Assembly: GCA_964016885.1 (NCBI GenBank)
Contig: OZ024747.1
Span: forward strand, 8,742,001-8,806,000
Direction of reading: 5' to 3'
Length of the DNA stretch: 64,000 nt
DNA from: Eledone cirrhosa
Lineage: Eukaryota
Shown here: piece by piece, positions 12,109-24,754 of the stretch
Layout of the letters: each line of letters opens with the position of its first letter
Numbering within the stretch: position 1 is the stretch's first letter
Translations under genes and position numbers: made by a program
Notes under the pieces: model-generated
Told to the model about the DNA's origin: nothing
The model's database searches: none
What the model saw: the letters and a program-made list of their open reading frames with translations, nothing else

Positions 12109-13592
12109 TACATATATCAAATATGAGCTTTGTTAATATTTACTGTACTATAAATATATATATATATATATAGTACAGTAAATATACACACATACATGTG
12201 CACATACACGTATGCACATATACCAAAACTTTATCAGATCCCCACAAGATAAAGATATATAAGATAAATAGTATCTCTGCTGCTGCTGGCATAGATTATT
12301 TTCAAAGGGATTCTTCTACCTCTCTAAGGCACACTAAAGAAGAAGAAATCGGTAACAAAAATAGAGTCCCTCTCTCTCAGCCTCACCCCCACCCCTATCA
12401 CCACCACCACCTTCTTGTAGATTGCTATTAAATTTATCTTAGATTTGTTCTTTATTCTTCCATTCTCATTCTGTCTCTTTCTGGGTCTTTTTGGTTTTGT
12501 TTTCATTTTCTTTTTGTTTTGTTTGTTTTTGTCCTGTACCTTGCCTTCTCATCTCCCCTTCCCCTTTCTCTATTTTGCAGTTCCTTTCTTTATCCTCTTC
12601 TTCATTCATCCATATTCTAATTTGCTTCCTTTCCTCCTTTTTGTCATTATTAATATTCATTTCTCTTCTCTCCTTCCCTCTCTTCAAATTGATATAAACA
12701 AAAGCTAACCAGATATCCAACTACCCAGCTGTCAGTCTTGAGATATCCCAGTTGCTCTCTTCCAAGTCATTTGATAACTTCATTCCCTCTGTGAATAATA
12801 ATAACAATAATAATAGTGACTGCCTGGGATGGTTGTACTAACATCCTCCAGAGAATTGTCCAACAGATTTGGTAGAAATACTACCTGTAATTTTCAAATA
12901 CTTTTTTAAAATAATCGAGAACTTGGAGTGATTCAGTAATATAACTAATTTTCTCATTATTAAGCTGATGTTTGGAACATAACTTAACAAAGGTTCTTAC
13001 ATGAAATTATTAGGGAAGGTTTTTAGATAAATATGAACAATTAAAAACAAACAGTTTTGAATCAGAACCAGAGTCAGTTTCAGGTGTTTTGGTTCTAAAA
13101 ATAAGCACAAATATAGCCAAAATGGCTTACACCTTAAGGAATTTGTTCTATTTTGAAAGGACTTTTGTATATTTTTAGCACTTTGATACCAACCTACCTG
13201 AAACTATCTCTAGTTCCATGATACAAAATCCTTCCATTTTAAACTATATATTTATATAAAAAATATATTTATATTAACACCTTCCAACATTTTATGTAGG
13301 AATTTTTCTACATATTTGATAATGAAAAAAGTTATTTTTTTAATCTCTGGTTATATGATACAAAGCTGCTCATTTTTAATATGATTATGTTTAACTAAAA
13401 ACCTTCCAACATAATTTTATGTAAGAATGTTTCTAGCAGTTGTGTCTAAACATCAGTTAGTAATGAAAAAAAGTGAGTTATTTTATTCCTCTATGAAATC
13501 CACACACAGGCCAAATTACTGACAATCCCAAAGAATGAACAGAATTCATTGCTGAATGATATACAGGCATTTTTACTGTTGAAAACCAAAAC

Positions 13593-14003
13593 ATGCCATC
13601 TCCACCACCTCTGACATCAAATTCTATAACAACTATGGAATTTACACCTGCAATGCTGCGACATCACCTTAAGAATAAGCACAACTATGCCTCTCCTGGT
13701 CTTGATGGTGTTATGTACCTGCTTCTCAAACATAGTGGGTACTTCCTTCTGCACCAGCTTTCACTCTTCTTACAATTCTGTCTTAACAATAGTGTTACTC
13801 CAGAGCAATGGAAAACTGCCAGTGTCATTACTCTTTTCAAAAAGGGTGACTATACGTGGCCTGTCAGCCATTATCCAGTCAGACTTACTGGCTGCATCGC
13901 CAAACTGATGGAATCCTGTGGCAAAGAAACACTCTGGAACTTCTGGAATTCTCACAGCCTTATCTGGTCCTCGCAATTTGGATTCATCCCTGACTCCAGC
14001 TGC
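13593..14003 (+). pseudogene. Non-LTR retrotransposon RT fragment (N-terminal RT subdomains, CR1/L2/Jockey-like)
   Basis: SPGLDG, PEQWKTASVITLFKKG, YPVRLT.CIAKLME and QFGF motifs. Confidence 0.85.
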
Positions 14004-14004
14004 T

Positions 14005-14265
14005 TAGAGGGGGCTAAGGATGGAACCTTGGCGAACACCTACTTATATGCTAAATTCTTCGCTATATTCATTGTTAATTCTAATCTTGCTGACTGTTCCT
14101 CTATACATGGCTTGTATAGCTCTCACAAGCCACTCATCTACTCCTAGTTTTCTAAGAGCCCACTAGATAATGGAGCGGGAGACTCTGTCAAAGGCTTTCT
14201 CCAAGTCAACAAAAGCTAAGTAGAGGAGTTTACTTTTAGCTAGGTACTTCTCCTGTAGTTGCCGT
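14005..14265 (-). pseudogene. RTE-clade LINE RT fragment with stops
   Basis: Minus strand reads QLQEKYLAKSKLLYLAFVDLEKAFDRVSR..WALRKLGVDEWLV...VGVRQGSILSP. Confidence 0.85.
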
Positions 14266-14318
14266 ACAAGGAAGAGAGCATATATATATATGTATATATA
14301 TATATATGTATATATATG

Positions 14319-14351
<33 letters not shown>

Positions 14352-14500
14352 GTATATATATATGAATTAGTTTTGCGAGGTTTTTTATATGAAATCGTGT
14401 GTCGAAACAAATATTGTTATACTTGGGGAGGGTCATATTTGTGTAATATTGCCAGAATTAATAACAGAACACACTCACTGTTTGGTTGGTTTTCGCTTCT

Positions 14501-14875
14501 GTGTCTTTTATATCGGTTAATTTAATTTATTCGGTCCTCAATGTTACCATTGACTGACCAATGGTCAAAAATACAGATACAATATAGACACAAACACATA
14601 TATATAGTCTAACAAAGTTCTTTCGTTACACATCTGCAACATCGTCAGTGGTGCTATTATGTTTCCTCCCATTGCATTGTATGCCTACGCCATCTTTATT
14701 TAGTCTGTTTATTTATTTATTTATTTGTTTATTTTTGTAACGATGTGTAACGAAAGAACTTTGTTAGACTATATATATGTATTTGTGTCTATATTGTATC
14801 TGTATTTTTTACTGTTGGTCAGTCAATGGTAACATTGAGGACCGAATAAATTAAATTAACCGATATAAAAGACAC
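14501..14875. repeat. Inverted repeat (~133-bp arms, ~108-bp spacer) of pLTR-like sequence between (TA)n tracts
   Basis: 14501-14633 is the reverse complement of ~14742-14875. Confidence 0.92.
14611..14652 (-). ncRNA. Minimal hammerhead motif with imperfect stem I
   Basis: Minus strand: acca-CTGACGA-t-gttgca(gatg)tgtaac-GAAA-gaac-TT-tgtt. Confidence 0.6.
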
Positions 14876-14960
14876 CTGCGTGGTTACACGCTTGTAAAAA
14901 TTATCTCCTGTGATTTTTCATGTTTATATTTATTTATATATATGTTGATCAATTCCTAGT

Positions 14961-15035
<75 letters not shown>

Positions 15036-15146
15036 TTTTTCAGTTGCAAACACTTCCTCACTAAACTCAGTTCCACTAGCATTCCCCACCTTAATTCTCA
15101 GTTATAGTTTTTCTCTATCCTTCACCTAGTCTCTGGTTACATACAA

Positions 15147-15440
15147 CATCTCTTACCAGAATCTGTACTATCCCATCTTATTAGAACTATCTTATTTTTT
15201 CCACTGTACATCATAATCATCATCATCATCCATCATTATCACCATCATCATCTCTTACCAGAATCTGTACTATCCCATCTTACTAGAACTATCTTATTTT
15301 CTCCACTGTACATCATAATCATCATCATCATTATCACCATCACCATCTCTTACCTGAATCTGCACTGTTCCATCTTCTTAGTAGAACTATCTTATCTTCT
15401 CCACTATACATCATCATCATCACCGTCATCATCATCATCG
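15147..15440. repeat. Three tandem ~100-bp units each ending in (CAT)n
   Basis: catctcttaccagaatctgtactatcccatctt at ~15147, 15248 and 15344. Confidence 0.9.
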
Positions 15441-15640
15441 TCAGTATCATTGTTTAACGTCTATTTTCTATGGTTACATGAGTTAGAAGGATTGTAAATT
15501 TTATGAAACTAGTGGGTCAGGTGACCACATATTACTCTTATTTTCCTTTCTGGGTTTGAAGCTCTTCCTAATGCTAACCACTTTACAGCGTATAGGGGGA
15601 GCAGAACTACCTGACTTACAACAACAACCTCATTGGTAGA

Positions 15641-15812
15641 TTGACCCTTCTGATGTGTGGCCAATTGTCACACTTGGTGGTTTGTTGACCCTTCTGATGT
15701 GTGGCCAATTGTCACACTTGGTGGTTTGTTGACCCCTGTGATGTGTGGCCGATTGTCACACTTGGTGGTTTGTTCACCCTTGTGATGTGTGGCTGATTGT
15801 CACACATGGTGG
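15641..15812. repeat. 44-bp tandem repeat, about 4 copies, with internal hairpin
   Basis: ttgacccttctgatgtgtggccaattgtcacacttggtggtttg; stem gtgtggc/gtcacac. Confidence 0.92.
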
Positions 15813-16310
15813 TGAATTGATGGTCATTTTTGTTTCTAACCCCACCCCCCTTTTTTTTTCTCACTCTGATCATATATTTTTGGTGAATTGTATTTGTAAA
15901 GTTCTTGAGCAAGACACTTCATTTTACATAGCTTTCCATGATAATCAAAAGCACACAAACTTCATATGAAATGTAGCCTTGAATAAAGCCAGCTTAACCT
16001 ACACAGGTGTGAGCTGTAAATGTCATTCTTTTTTTCTTTCAACCCCATACTGACACAGCCCTCTTTCTTTCCATTTGTCATATCCTGGGTGTTCCCCTAT
16101 ATAAAGGGCTGGGGGATCGTGAGGGTGTCTATGTCTGCATGGACAACTAAACTCTCAAAGAAAGCATAATACATACTACCAAGTTGTACTCAATTGTGTG
16201 TGATGGCTGTAGTAGTTTAGTGAAAGGCCTAAGGTAAAAGAGACTTATCCAAGATACCAGGTAGTAGGATTGAACATGGAACCAAGCAGTTACAAAACAA
16301 TGGCCATATT

Positions 16311-16349
<39 letters not shown>

Positions 16350-16992
16350 ATTTTATTTCAAAACAGTCTCTCACTTAGATTCTTCTAATACAGAGATTAC
16401 AGGCATCAGTTTTTAGAAAAGAGTTGCCCCATCTGGGTACCTACTATTACCATGTTTAAAACTGACAGGCTCCTACTGTGATGGACAATCAGCAGCACTG
16501 ATTCTCAGTTTACTGAGATCTTTCAGAAGAGCATAGCAACAGAAAGAAATAACACTGTGATAACAAAAGAGCAGGTGTACTCCTAACTTGTCAACAGTTT
16601 ATGTGGACAGCTGCCAAATGAATCTTGAGGGAGGTACAACTATAAGTACTTGACAAAACAGCACAGTTAATGGAACAGTGTCTGTATTGTTAGCTACCAC
16701 CAGGTTCATCTTAAATTCATTGATCAGTGATTTGGTTTCTTGACATGCTAGAAATGACAGTCAAATCTTCGTCAAATGATACTATAGTCTTAATTTCAAG
16801 AAGGATATATTGAACAATGAGTCCCTAATATACAATATGACAAGATGGTCGTGACTGGAATGACTTTGATTATAGGTTTATTGTGATCAAGCTTGACTTG
16901 AGGTTAAACAACAGAAATTACTATACAGAAAATACTGAATTGGCTAATATTTATTGCTGTGTTTTATGTAAAGTGAGATGCATAGTCTAGAG

Positions 16993-17631
16993 CACAGGTT
17001 CTCAACCCATTTAGGCCAAACGCCCCCTTTTGTCCCTCGAAATCACGACCCCCCCCCCCCCTATTTTTCCATTTTTCAATATACTACTGATTTTTATATC
17101 AGTAGATTACTAAAAAATTGATTAACAATATTCCAAAGATGTGTGTATTATCTGATTATGTGTTGTATGTGGTCCTAGATGTGTGTGCTACTCACTTCTG
17201 TTTTTTCTTTTCTTTTTTTTATTTGTAATATTATTTATACAATAGGGAATAAAATAGATCTACATAGTGTTAATTCGTTGCGGTTGAGTCAATAATTTCA
17301 GACATGAAATACATTGTTATAAGATAAGATTCTAACTGACTGCGCTCAAAGTGTCTTTGACCCAGTTGACTGTGGGTTTTTCCATTTTTAGGATCTCAAT
17401 TACCGGTTAACGTCTCAATTACCGGACACGCCTGCACACAGGTCAGACTATAATTATGCTGTCTGCAAGCTCATTCAAATACATTCACACTGGGGCTGTC
17501 TCAAAGACATACAAATGTGGCTTATAAAACTTACCAAAATAAAGAGCCTCCCAGTGCCCCCCCCCCCCCCCAACGCGACCTTGCTCCCAAACGCCCCCGA
17601 GGGTGCATATGCCCCCCATTGAGAACCTTTG
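16993..17631. mobile_element. Non-autonomous hAT (Charlie-like) DNA transposon
   Basis: TIRs cacaggttctcaa / ttgagaacctttg; 8-bp TSD gtctagag at 16985-16992 and 17632-17639. Confidence 0.88.
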
Positions 17632-17653
17632 GTCTAGAGGTTAAAAACATCCT

Positions 17654-18760
17654 CATAAGGTGTGTGGTCTAATAGTTAGGGTGTTGGCCACACAACCATA
17701 AGGTCTAATGGATAGAGTGTTGGATATAAGACCATTTTGTGTTCCAGTAGATAGGCTGAGGCCATGCTGGGGCACCACCATTGTTAAGGTGTGTGGTCTA
17801 ATGGTTAGAGTGTTGGACATATAATCATAAGGTGTGTAGTCTAATGGTTAGGGTATTGTACACAAGATCATAAGGTGTGTAGTCTAATGGTTAGGGTATT
17901 GTACACAAGATCATAAGGTGTGTAGTCTAATGGTTAGGGTATTGTACACAAGATCATAAGGTGTGTAGTCTAATGGTTAGGGTATTGTACACAAGATCAT
18001 AAGGTGTGTAGTCTAATGGTTAGGGTATTGTACACAAGATGATAAGGTGTGTAGTCTAATGGTTAGGGTATTGTACACAAGATGATAAGGTGTGTAGTCT
18101 AATGGTTAGGGTATTGTACACAAGATCATAAGGTGTGTAGTCTAATGGTTAGGGTATTGTACACAAGATGATAAGGTGTGTAGTCTAATGGTTAGTGTAT
18201 TGTACACAAGATCATAAGATGTGTAGTCTAATGGTTAGGGTATTGTACACAAGATCATAAGGTGTGTAGTCTAATGGTTAGGGTATTGTACACAAGATCA
18301 TAAGGTGTGTAGTCTAATGGTTAGGGTATTGTACACAAGATCATAAGGTGTGTAGTCTAATGGTTAGGGTATTGTACACAAGATCATAAGGTGTGTAGTC
18401 TAATGGTTAGGGTATTGTACACAAGATCATAAGGTGTGTAGTCTAATGGTTAGGGTATTGTACACAAGATGATAAGGTGTGTAGTCTAATGGTTAGGGTA
18501 TTGTACACAAGATCATACGGTGTGTAGTCTAATGGTTAGGGTATTGTACACAAGATGATAAGGTGTGTAGTCTAATGGTTAGTGTATTGTACACAAGATC
18601 ATAAGATGTGTAGTCTAATGATTAGGGTATTGTACACAAGATCATAAGGTGTGTAGTCTAATGGTTAGGGTAATGTACACAAGATGATAAGGTGTGTAGT
18701 CTAATGGTTAGGGTATTGTACACAAGATCATACGGTGTGTAGTCTAATGATTAGGGTATT
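17654..18760 (+). repeat. 43-bp minisatellite (~22 clean units plus degenerate ones) made of a SINE A-box head
   Basis: Unit aaggtgtgtagtctaatggttagggtattgtacacaagatcat; runs into a B box (gattcaattcc, 18761) and SINE body. Confidence 0.95.
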
Positions 18761-19040
18761 GATTCAATTCCTGAACCAAGCAGCACACTGTGTCTTTGAA
18801 TAAGATATTTTATTTCCCATAGTTCCATATTTCCAGTCCACTCTACAAAAACAAATGAATACCAACAACAACAACAGCAGCAGCAGTAACTGGGGGAAGG
18901 AGGGGTGGGGTTAAACCTGCAACAGACTGGAATCCCATCCAAGTGTTGTACTGACAGTAACTTAACACCAACAAAACTGAGATAAACTCCTGGGTTGTTG
19001 ATCTGATGAATCTCTAGTCTTAGGACAGACTTTATCTTTT
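18761..19040 (+). mobile_element. tRNA-derived SINE body
   Basis: B-box-like gattcaattcc followed by gtgtctttgaataagatattttatttc, similar to the SINE core at 10555-10600. Confidence 0.65.
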
Positions 19041-19076
19041 TTAACTTTGTATGTCAACAATCAGTTATCAAATATA

Positions 19077-19256
19077 GGAGGGTCGGCTGAAAAGTTCATA
19101 AGCTGACCAAGATACTCTCATGGAATGACCAAATGAGGTTTATTTTTCAAACATGATCTCTGGAAAGAAACAATGCAGTTATTAATCCATGCAAGATTTC
19201 TCAGCCCTAGCATCACTCCTTCATAGTCAGCCTATGGACTTTTCAGCCAACCCTCG
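19077..19256. mobile_element. Tc1/mariner-type MITE
   Basis: TA flanks; ~30-bp TIRs gagggtcggctgaaaagttcataagctgac / gtcagcctatggacttttcagccaaccctc. Confidence 0.88.
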
Positions 19257-20969
19257 TAAATATGTAAATTTGCTGAAGGGTTTATAAATTAGATTACATT
19301 TTCTGTTTTGTTGTTTAACCTCTGGTCAGTTCTGACCCTTGAATACACACACACACATATATACATATGACCTTTGAATAAAGGGGTTCCTACTATGACC
19401 ATTACATCCTTCTCTAGGGCAGTGCATTTCGAGGATTATACTAACCAATAAGTCACCACCAACCTTTTTTTTAAAAACTAGGTTGGTACAGGAGCGAATT
19501 TCGCTGCTTGTTCTAGCATGTAAAGTTGATGTCTCTAGTTTGATTCTACTTTTATCAATTGTAAACATATTTTTAAAGTTCGCCAGTATACATAAATATA
19601 TTTAGATATAAAATTGTTCACTCTCCAGCTGAGATAAATGATAAATTTATATCTGAAGAGATGAAGATTTAACCAAAGCCAAGAAAATATGTAAATAAAA
19701 ACAGACAAATGTAAACGTGTTTATTTTCGTATTTACACAACTTCAGTTAAATCATTTACTGTTTTTCAACAGATATTTATTTGTAGAAGTAATAGTTTAT
19801 GTTTAAAACCCATTTAAATACTAAGCTAACAGGCACACACGTGAAAACTTATAAAAGTAAACATTGTTCTCATTTCATACATACATCTAATGTTGAGGTA
19901 TGTGATAAGTTGTTGGATTTACAATCATAAGGTTGTGAGTTCAATTTCTTGACCAAGTGACACATTGTGTCCTTGAGAATTTCAAAATACTCTAGCTTAT
20001 CATCATCATTTCATGTCTGCTTTCTACATTGACATGGGTTGGATGGGTTATTACAGTCCAAAACCAGATATATTTAGCATAATTTCTATGGTTAGATGTC
20101 CTTAATGCAACAACCACCACCATACAGGGTATATAGAGGGTGTTTTTTCTTGGCACCAGCAGAGTGTACTGAGTGTTTTTTCATGGCATCACCACCACTA
20201 CCAACTTACAGGGTGTACAGAGTATGTTTTATAATGGCACCACCACTACCATCTTAGAGAGTGTACATGGTGTGTTTTTTTTCATTGCACCAGTGCTATC
20301 ACTTTACAGGGTGTATAGTGTGCATTTTATTTTGACACCAATATCAGAGGAGTTGTCATGTTTATCCAGACTGAGAAGTTCTTTCAAACCCAATATTATC
20401 TTAAATGAAAATAAGTAGTAGTGTGAGGAGTCTTGTACTCTCAGTTTGGATAAGCTCCAGGCTTCATCCAATTCAGACATAAAACAATAATTCCCTCATT
20501 AAGGAAAGTGGAGTGGCAGAATTGACAGTCAAAGGATAACATTTCTTGAGGTATTTACTTATGTCCCTTAAGGTTCTGAGTTCAAATCTCACCAGAGCTG
20601 CTAAAATAACATCACTATCAAACACTTAGTTGATATAATCTACATTTAGTCGATGCATGTTCTTATACTCATGCTAGAAATAAATTTACAGAGGAAACTA
20701 CTTATTATAATGACAAATAAGGTTATCAAGCTGTTATTGTTGTTATTGCATTTGTATTAATAAGTTGTGTAGGTAAAAAGCTCCCAGTCCACACTGTAAA
20801 TGTGGTTGGTGTTAGGAAGGGCATCCAGCCATAGAAAACCTGCCAGACAGCCCCCCCCCCCCATACGAGTGAGACACGGCCTCCTGATCAATCTTGACTC
20901 AAGTGGGACAACTCCCTTCTAACCCATGCTAGCGTGGAAGATAGACGTTAAACGATGATGATGATGAAG

Positions 20970-21182
20970 GGCGGTGGATTGACAGTATCAGTTGAGCTTC
21001 GAACACGCTTTGACATATAGTTACATCCCTTTATATTCTGAGTTGAAGCCCTGCCAAGGTTAGCTTTGCCTTTTATCCTTACAGGGTTAATAAAATAAAG
21101 AACCAGTAAAGCACTGGGGTTGATTTAATTGACTTACCGCTCGCCCCAAATTGGTGGCCTTGTACCTAAATCAGAAACCATT
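20970..21182 (+). mobile_element. tRNA-derived SINE, full length
   Basis: Matches the SINE consensus seen at 33630-33845. Confidence 0.75.
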
Positions 21183-21213
21183 GTATTTGAATTAATAGTT
21201 TGACATATTCGTG

Positions 21214-21252
21214 CATTACCAGTGGTTTCGTTAGACATAAACTCATCAGATG
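21214..21252 (-). ncRNA. Minimal type I hammerhead motif
   Basis: Minus strand: cat-CTGATGA-gtt(tatgtct)aac-GAAA-cc(act)gg-TA-atg. Confidence 0.7.
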
Positions 21253-21994
21253 TGTTCCAAATATATATGTGTGTGTGTGTCAAAATATATACATATATTA
21301 TATTAAATGTAGCACTAACATAGTGTGAGTCATAAATAAGCTAGAGTCTATTTATGTCTCATTACAGAGTGAGCAGACGTCGTTGATAATGGATAAAAAA
21401 TCTTGAAGCCCTAATGTCTGGCATTCTCACACAACTAGTGAGATAGCTGTGGCATAACAGCTTAAAACATTCATAGCGAGACTATATTTATTAAATATAA
21501 ACATATCGTGTATGTCTTTATATTTACCTCTATTATAATATATATTATGTGTGTGTTTGTTTGTTTTAAAATACATTTTATCTTGTAGAACTCTGAGAAA
21601 CTTCGGAACCCATTGCTCTCGTTAATTGACTATAAGAGTTCAATTTCTTCAAGCAGTGTTAAATACTTTATGCGTAGTATGACCTACTGAACAAACTCAC
21701 GCATACATTCATGTCAACAACATTAAAGAGTCCTCTCCCTTGAACGAGATTTCAACTTTCAGGGGAGGTAATTATGTATATCCAAGATATATCTCGGGGA
21801 TGAACTTAGACGTATCAAACCCTAGCAACACCAACCTAGAGACAGGCACTTTTAATCCAAAGTCATCTTGTGACTTTCTCTGAGGCTTCACTTACGGTTT
21901 GAATGGCTTGCCTCTTTGTCATACCTGTAAATCTCAGTTGGTTTAAGAACTTGCAAAATGTTTATAAATATATAAATGTAGCTTTATCTCTCTT

Positions 21995-22025
<31 letters not shown>

Positions 22026-22119
22026 GTGTGTTTAATTCCAGTTGTTTACATAGATTGAGATCCAGCTGGTAGTTAGGTAGAGTGTAGAGAAGGCCTGTCT
22101 CTCTTTTTTTCTTTTAATT

Positions 22120-22850
22120 GGTTGTGGATGGTGTTTCTTCCCAAACTTGACAAAGAGGATCGACATCTTTGGTGTATGGTGATGCTTGAGTTGATAGCAG
22201 TCTAAGCTTTCAGAAATAGCCTTGATCACCTGGTCATGACTCTACCAATAATGGCTTTCTCAAAAAACCTCTTTTAAAGCAGAGTGGACAGAAAGATGTC
22301 TTGTTCTTGCCCAAGATGTTAAATTTAGTTGGGTTTGGTAGGATATCATAGATTGCCTGGAAAAGGGGCCAGATACGATGAGTCCACTAGTATGATATTA
22401 ACCAAGCAATCCTTCACATCAGCACATTCTTACACCTTATCCACATTCCCTGCTACACAAGTCTCACTCTCTCTTCTTCCACATCTGCTCAGATCTCTTC
22501 CTGGATAAGAGGATGTCTATCCTTCCTAGCCTGGGTTTTTTTAGCTTCATCCCAAGCCAGCTCTGCCAGTCAGCTCCTTTGCTTTAGTTGTCATTCTGCC
22601 ACTTGCACTGCTCTCCCTTCCCTTCCTGTTCTCACTGTGATACCAGATGATGATATCACCAAGTCCCTATATTGTAGTAAACTACTGTATTCTGTGCTAC
22701 CATAAACTATTAAGCAAGGCCACCTGAATGGGACCTGTAAGATGTTGCTGGCCCTGTACAATATTACACTGCTGACGCCATAGTTAAGGCCCAACCACTT
22801 GCAGATTTAATCCTTCTTTTGAAAGACTCTGCGTGAACAAACTGGGGCCA
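22120..22850 (-). pseudogene. Decayed RLE-type non-LTR retrotransposon fragment (HERO-like, post-RT region)
   Basis: Minus strand KWLGL...SSVILY..SNILQVPF, LLQYRD, ITVRTGR..AVQVAE, IQEEI..EEERV, LPNP..FCPLC, with stops and frameshifts. Confidence 0.6.
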
Positions 22851-22993
22851 TAGGACCTAGACCTCTTGAATGGTAACTGAATCTTTCAAAGTTGAGTAAA
22901 ACAAACTAAGTTAAATATTTCTTAAATTGTATTTAATAATCCGCATTATTTAAACTGTGTGGAATCAGGATGAATAGCTGTCGATATCACATG

Positions 22994-23053
<60 letters not shown>

Positions 23054-23149
23054 CATCATTTTACGTCTGCTTTTCCCTGCTTGCAAGGGTTGGACGGGCC
23101 CTATTCAGCACAGCATCTCTCCACTTGTCACGTGTGTGTGTATATATAT

Positions 23150-23443
23150 ATCATCATCATCATCATTTCATTTTACGTCCACTTTTCCCTGCTTGCAAGG
23201 GTGGGACGGGAACTGATTCTGGCTTGATTTCTACAGCTGGATGCCCTTCCTAACACCAACCTCATTTACAGTGAGTGCTGGGTGCTTTTTTTTTTTGCCG
23301 TGGCACCTCCACGACCACTTTGCTCATTTCTACACCTGAGTAAACTGGAGCAATGTGAAATAAAGTGTCTTGCTCAAGGAAACAACACATCACCCGGTCT
23401 GAGAATTGAACTCACAACCTTTCGATTGCAAGGCCATGTGCCT

Positions 23444-23446
<3 letters not shown>
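23150..23446 (-). mobile_element. Composite SINE with (ATG)n tail
   Basis: Near-identical reverse copy of 10524-10768. Confidence 0.8.
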
Positions 23447-23505
<59 letters not shown>

Positions 23506-23602
23506 TGAAATTTCCGTTGAAAACAGAAAAGGTCATAGAAGTGAAGAGTACTCTATGTAAGTACCAGAGCAAAATTTAATGTATAAAAATCAATACAATA
23601 TA

Positions 23603-23680
23603 ATTACCTCATTACCAGAGGTTTCCCGAATGAGGCAAATACGAAAGAAACGTCTTCATTCGTTCGTCAGACGAGGCAAT
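23603..23680 (-). ncRNA. Type I hammerhead ribozyme of the PLE pseudo-LTR
   Basis: Minus strand: attgcctcgt-CTGACGA-a-cgaatga...tcattcg-g-GAAA-cc(tct)gg-TA-atgaggtaat; 10-bp stem I with G-U pairs. Confidence 0.85.
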
Positions 23681-24754
23681 ATAAAACATGGGTAAATACT
23701 TGGAAAGTCTCATCAAGAAAAGCAAAAAAAATATATAGACAAATGAATTACAATATGAAATATATAAAACTCTTTCAAGAAATATAGTTAGGTGTGTATA
23801 TACGCTCACAGATGTGCATATATGTGTATGCACAAATGTATACGTATAGTGAAAAAGTGTGCGTAAATATATATTTTAGGGCAAATGTATCTGTGTATCT
23901 GTAAACTACAGACAGAGTAGATACATCATAAGAATATGAAGGCACGCGCATAAACACACCTACACACACGTACACTTAGATGCGGAAGTAAAAGAGGTAA
24001 GGGAGTGTAATAATTAAAGGAAAGTATCAATCTCGATATATTTATAAAAATGGAACAATAATTTAGAAAGAAAAAATTAAAGAAAAGACAAACAAGGTAC
24101 ATGCATACACACACACGTATATCTCACAAAAGAAACACAAAAATATACATGCTTATATACACACGCACACTTACACATCCATACATTCGATACGTACACA
24201 CATACACACTCACGCATATTGACCTGTTTGCATGCACACGCATAAAAATGAGGATGTAAAAAAAGGGAGGAAGAAAAAAGAAACAAAACAAAGAACCTAG
24301 ATGTAAAAACACGGATATAAAGACACATACATATACATATATATATATATACACGCACGCGCGCGCACATACGTAGGCGCTCGTATACATACATTAAGGC
24401 GTTCAGACACATAGATACAGGGTGTAAAAAACTTGTGGATAATTATTTACAAATATAAAATTATAAGATTGGCTGCGCAAAAATAAAAAATAAAAATAAA
24501 AATAAAAATAAAAAATATCTGGAGTGGAAAACGCAAGTGACATGTGTAATCAGTTAGTGAAGAAAATAGGGAAGTAAAAAATGGAAAGTGAAGATATTAG
24601 GTAAGTGAATCGGAGAATAAGGGGGGGGGGGGGGGATTGGGGGATGTGAAGTAAAAATAAAAAAATATATAAAAATAAAAATAAATGAAATTAATAATAA
24701 GGATAAAAATGAAAGTAAATTAGAAAGGGTAATTATAAAGAGAATAATAAGAGT

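Noticed and set aside
17654-18760. CRISPR-like or telomeric array
   Set aside because: No unique spacers and no cas genes; TTAGGG occurs once per unit, not as a tandem telomere tract
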